From contig CM060733.1 of NCBI GenBank assembly GCA_030704615.1, positions 63,736,001 through 63,800,000 of the forward strand: a stretch of DNA of 64,000 nucleotides. Reading direction: 5' to 3'. Every line of letters starts with the position of its first letter. Position 1 is the stretch's first letter. This DNA comes from Takakia lepidozioides (Eukaryota; Plantae; Bryophyta). The position numbers and the translations under genes were made by a program. The notes below the pieces were generated by a model that saw only the letters and a list, made by a program, of their open reading frames with translations, was not told the DNA's origin and did not search any database. Shown piece by piece: positions 61,501-64,000 of the stretch.

Positions 61501-64000
61501 GGCGCCCTACCGGTTGAGCCACAGAGAGTTGGTTGAGCTGAAGACTCAGCTCAAGGATCTAATGTCAAAGGTACATCCGGCCGAGTAAGTTACCTTACGG
61601 AGCCCCGGTGCTATTCGCAGACAAGAAGGATGGGACGCTGCGGATGTGTGTCGATTACAGGGCTCTGAATAAGGTGACTATCAAAAACCGGTACCCTTTG
61701 CCAAGGATCGACGACCTTTTCAATCGGTTGGCAGAAACGAAGTATTTCAGCCGGATCGATTTGCGCTCCGGCTATCATCAAATTCGAGTGGCGGAAGGAG
61801 ATGAGGAGAAGACCGCGTGCAGGACAAGATATGGTTCGTATGAGTTCTTGGTGATGCCTTTTGGGCTCACCAATGCACCCGTGACCTTTAGCACGCTAAT
61901 GAACAGCCTTTTTCCAGGAGTGGTTGGATGACTTTGTGATCGTGTACATCGATGACATTTTGGTGTACTCGAAAACAAAGGAAGAGCACCTGGAGCACCT
62001 AAAAAGGGTGTTCCAGAAATTGCGGGAAGGGAAGTTGTATGCCAAAGCTTCAAAGTGCGAATTCGGGGTCACAAAAGTAGAGTTCCTGGGGCATGTGATT
62101 ACACAGGATGGGATCAAAATGGATGACAGAAAGGTGAGGGCGATCTTGGACTGGGAACCTCCGACTTCGGTCCCGGGAGTGCGATCCTTCCTAGGACTCG
62201 CCTCCTATTACCGGAAGTATGTGAGAAATTTCGCCAAGATCGTGGGGCCGTTGTCAAACCTCCTGTGTAAATCCAAGGTCTGGGTATGGAACACCTTTTG
62301 TGGCCAAGCTTTTGCCGAGTTGAAGCAGCGGATGGCGGAAGCTCCAGTCCTCAAAATTCCGGAGTTTGACCGTCCATTTGAGATCCATACAGATGCGTCG
62401 GACTTTGCAATTGGGGGTGTACTCATGCAGGATGGACGTCCAGTGGCTTACGAAAGTAAGAAACTGAATGAAGTGGAGCGACGGTGGCCTACGCACGAGA
62501 AAGAAATGAAGGCGGTGGTGCATTGCCTTGAGCTTTGGTGCCACTATATTGGTTCCAACCCGGTGAAGGCGTTCACGGACAATGTTACGGTGAAGTATTT
62601 TGCCACGCAGCCTAAGTTGTCCCCAAAACAAATTAGGTGGCAAGACACTTTGGCACTGTTCGACGTGGATATCCAGTACAAACCGGGACGAGACAATGTG
62701 GTGGCCGATGCTTTAAGTAGAAAGCAACAGCTCATGTTGGTGTACAAGGGTGAGACGACGCTCCAAAAGAAGATCCGGAAGGCTTACCGAAAGGATGAGA
62801 TGGCGAAGTCCGTGATGCGAGACTTGAGGATGGGGGTTAAATCGCAATTCCACTTGCAAAATGGACTGCTCCGGTATAAACAAAAGCGTCTCTACGTGCC
62901 GAAGGGAGGGATTAGAGATAGCCTCTTGAGAGAATGCCATGATGACCCGCTTGCGGGCCACGACGGAGCCAAGCGCAACCGGAGCGAGTACAAAAAGCAA
63001 GCGGGGCTGTTACAACCCTTGCCGATTCCAGAGGGGTCTTGGGAAGTGTCTCGATGGATTTCATGACTGCTATGCCGCTGTCAAAAGGATTCGATGCAAT
63101 CATGGTGGTGGTGGATAGGTTCAGTAAAATGGGCCATTTCATTCCCACCAAGGAGACGGCAACGGAGCAGGAGACGGGGCGACTTTACTTCGCCCACGTC
63201 TTCAAGCATCATGGACTCCCGAAGGATATTGTCTCGGACCGTGATCCAAAGTTTACAAGTAAATTTTGGAGGGCACTTTGGAAGAAGATGGGGACGAGGC
63301 TCAAGATGAGCACCGCCTTCCGACCTACGACAAACGGCCAAACGGAAAGAGTGAATTCCGTGGTGAAGCAGATCTTACAGAATTACGTGTTGGCAGACCA
63401 ATCGGACTGGGTGGAACACTTGGATGCGGCAGAGTTCTGTTATAATAACACAAAACACTCCGCAACGGGAGTTTCCCCTTTCGTATTGGTCTATGGAAAA
63501 GCACGACAAGTTGGGCCGCCCAGGACGTTGAGGAACCGGCAGTAGCGGCGGTACTGGAAGAATACGAGCGTTTGTTAAAGCTCGCAAAGTACAATATTGC
63601 CAAAGCTAGGAAACAGTATGAAAGGCAGGCGAATCGGAAGCGGAGGGAAGTTAAGTTTGAGGCAGGCACGGAGATCTGGTTGAACATCAAGATTTTCCGA
63701 CTACCTCCGGAAGTGAGTCCGAAGTTCGTACCTCTGTATGTGGAACTCTTTCGCATCCGGAAGGTTATGAATGAGGATGTGTATGAATTGGAGCTGTCGG
63801 CAAATAGCAAGGTGCATTCGGTATTCCACGTCTCTCTTTTGAAGCCTTACTTCAAAGATGAAGCGCGTCCGAATCGACATCAAGTGTTGCGTCCGTCACC
63901 TGTGCTGTTGGAACACGAAAATGAACCTGAGTACGAGGTGGAGGCAGTGCTTAAGTCGAGGAGGTTCAAGAATCGAGAAACAGAGTATCTCGTGAAACGG
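58587..64000 (+). mobile_element. Second copy of the same chromovirus family, running off the window end
   Basis: 5' LTR 58587-59266, PBS TGGTATCAGAGC at 59269, gag from 59321, PR/RT/RH/INT from 60860 (380-aa RT-RH ORF at 61924-63066), chromodomain starting ~63925. Confidence 0.95.
60340..60856 (-). repeat. Inverted partial LTR of the same family inside the second element
   Basis: The reverse complement begins TGTCGCGGCCCTTTGCC at 60856 and matches the first ~520 bp of the LTR. Confidence 0.9.

Overview
Eukaryotic nuclear DNA from a land plant, most likely a seed-free lineage (inferred from spliceosomal introns, a PPR-DYW remnant and the mix of transposon types). Two host genes look intact: a 6-exon mitochondrial dicarboxylate/tricarboxylate carrier (DTC, 4727-8673 +) and a multi-exon TMEM33/Pom33-family gene (31918-39534 +). 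The first 4 kb hold two decayed host-gene fragments (SEC-C motif protein, PPR-DYW) between direct copies of a CTAG-ending motif that resembles a rolling-circle element end. The rest is mostly nested mobile DNA. (i) A Dualen/RandI-like LINE (RNase H, zinc knuckle, restriction-like endonuclease), plus a separate APE fragment preceded by a 2A-like peptide. The LINE's structured 3' RNA tail recurs in six places, three of them on tRNA-derived SINEs. (ii) A large LTR element with a 3.3-kb LTR whose pol runs opposite to its apparent PBS. (iii) A Crypton/DUF3504-like fragment. (iv) Tandem RTEX/L2-like LINE tails in an intron. (v) A decayed cluster with a SWIM-finger gene and an intron-containing, prokaryote-type N6A/N4C DNA methyltransferase fragment next to a Mutator-like transposase. 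(vi) Two chromoviral Ty3/gypsy insertions that interrupt that transposase. All calls come from motif recognition by eye; no database searches or folding programs were run.
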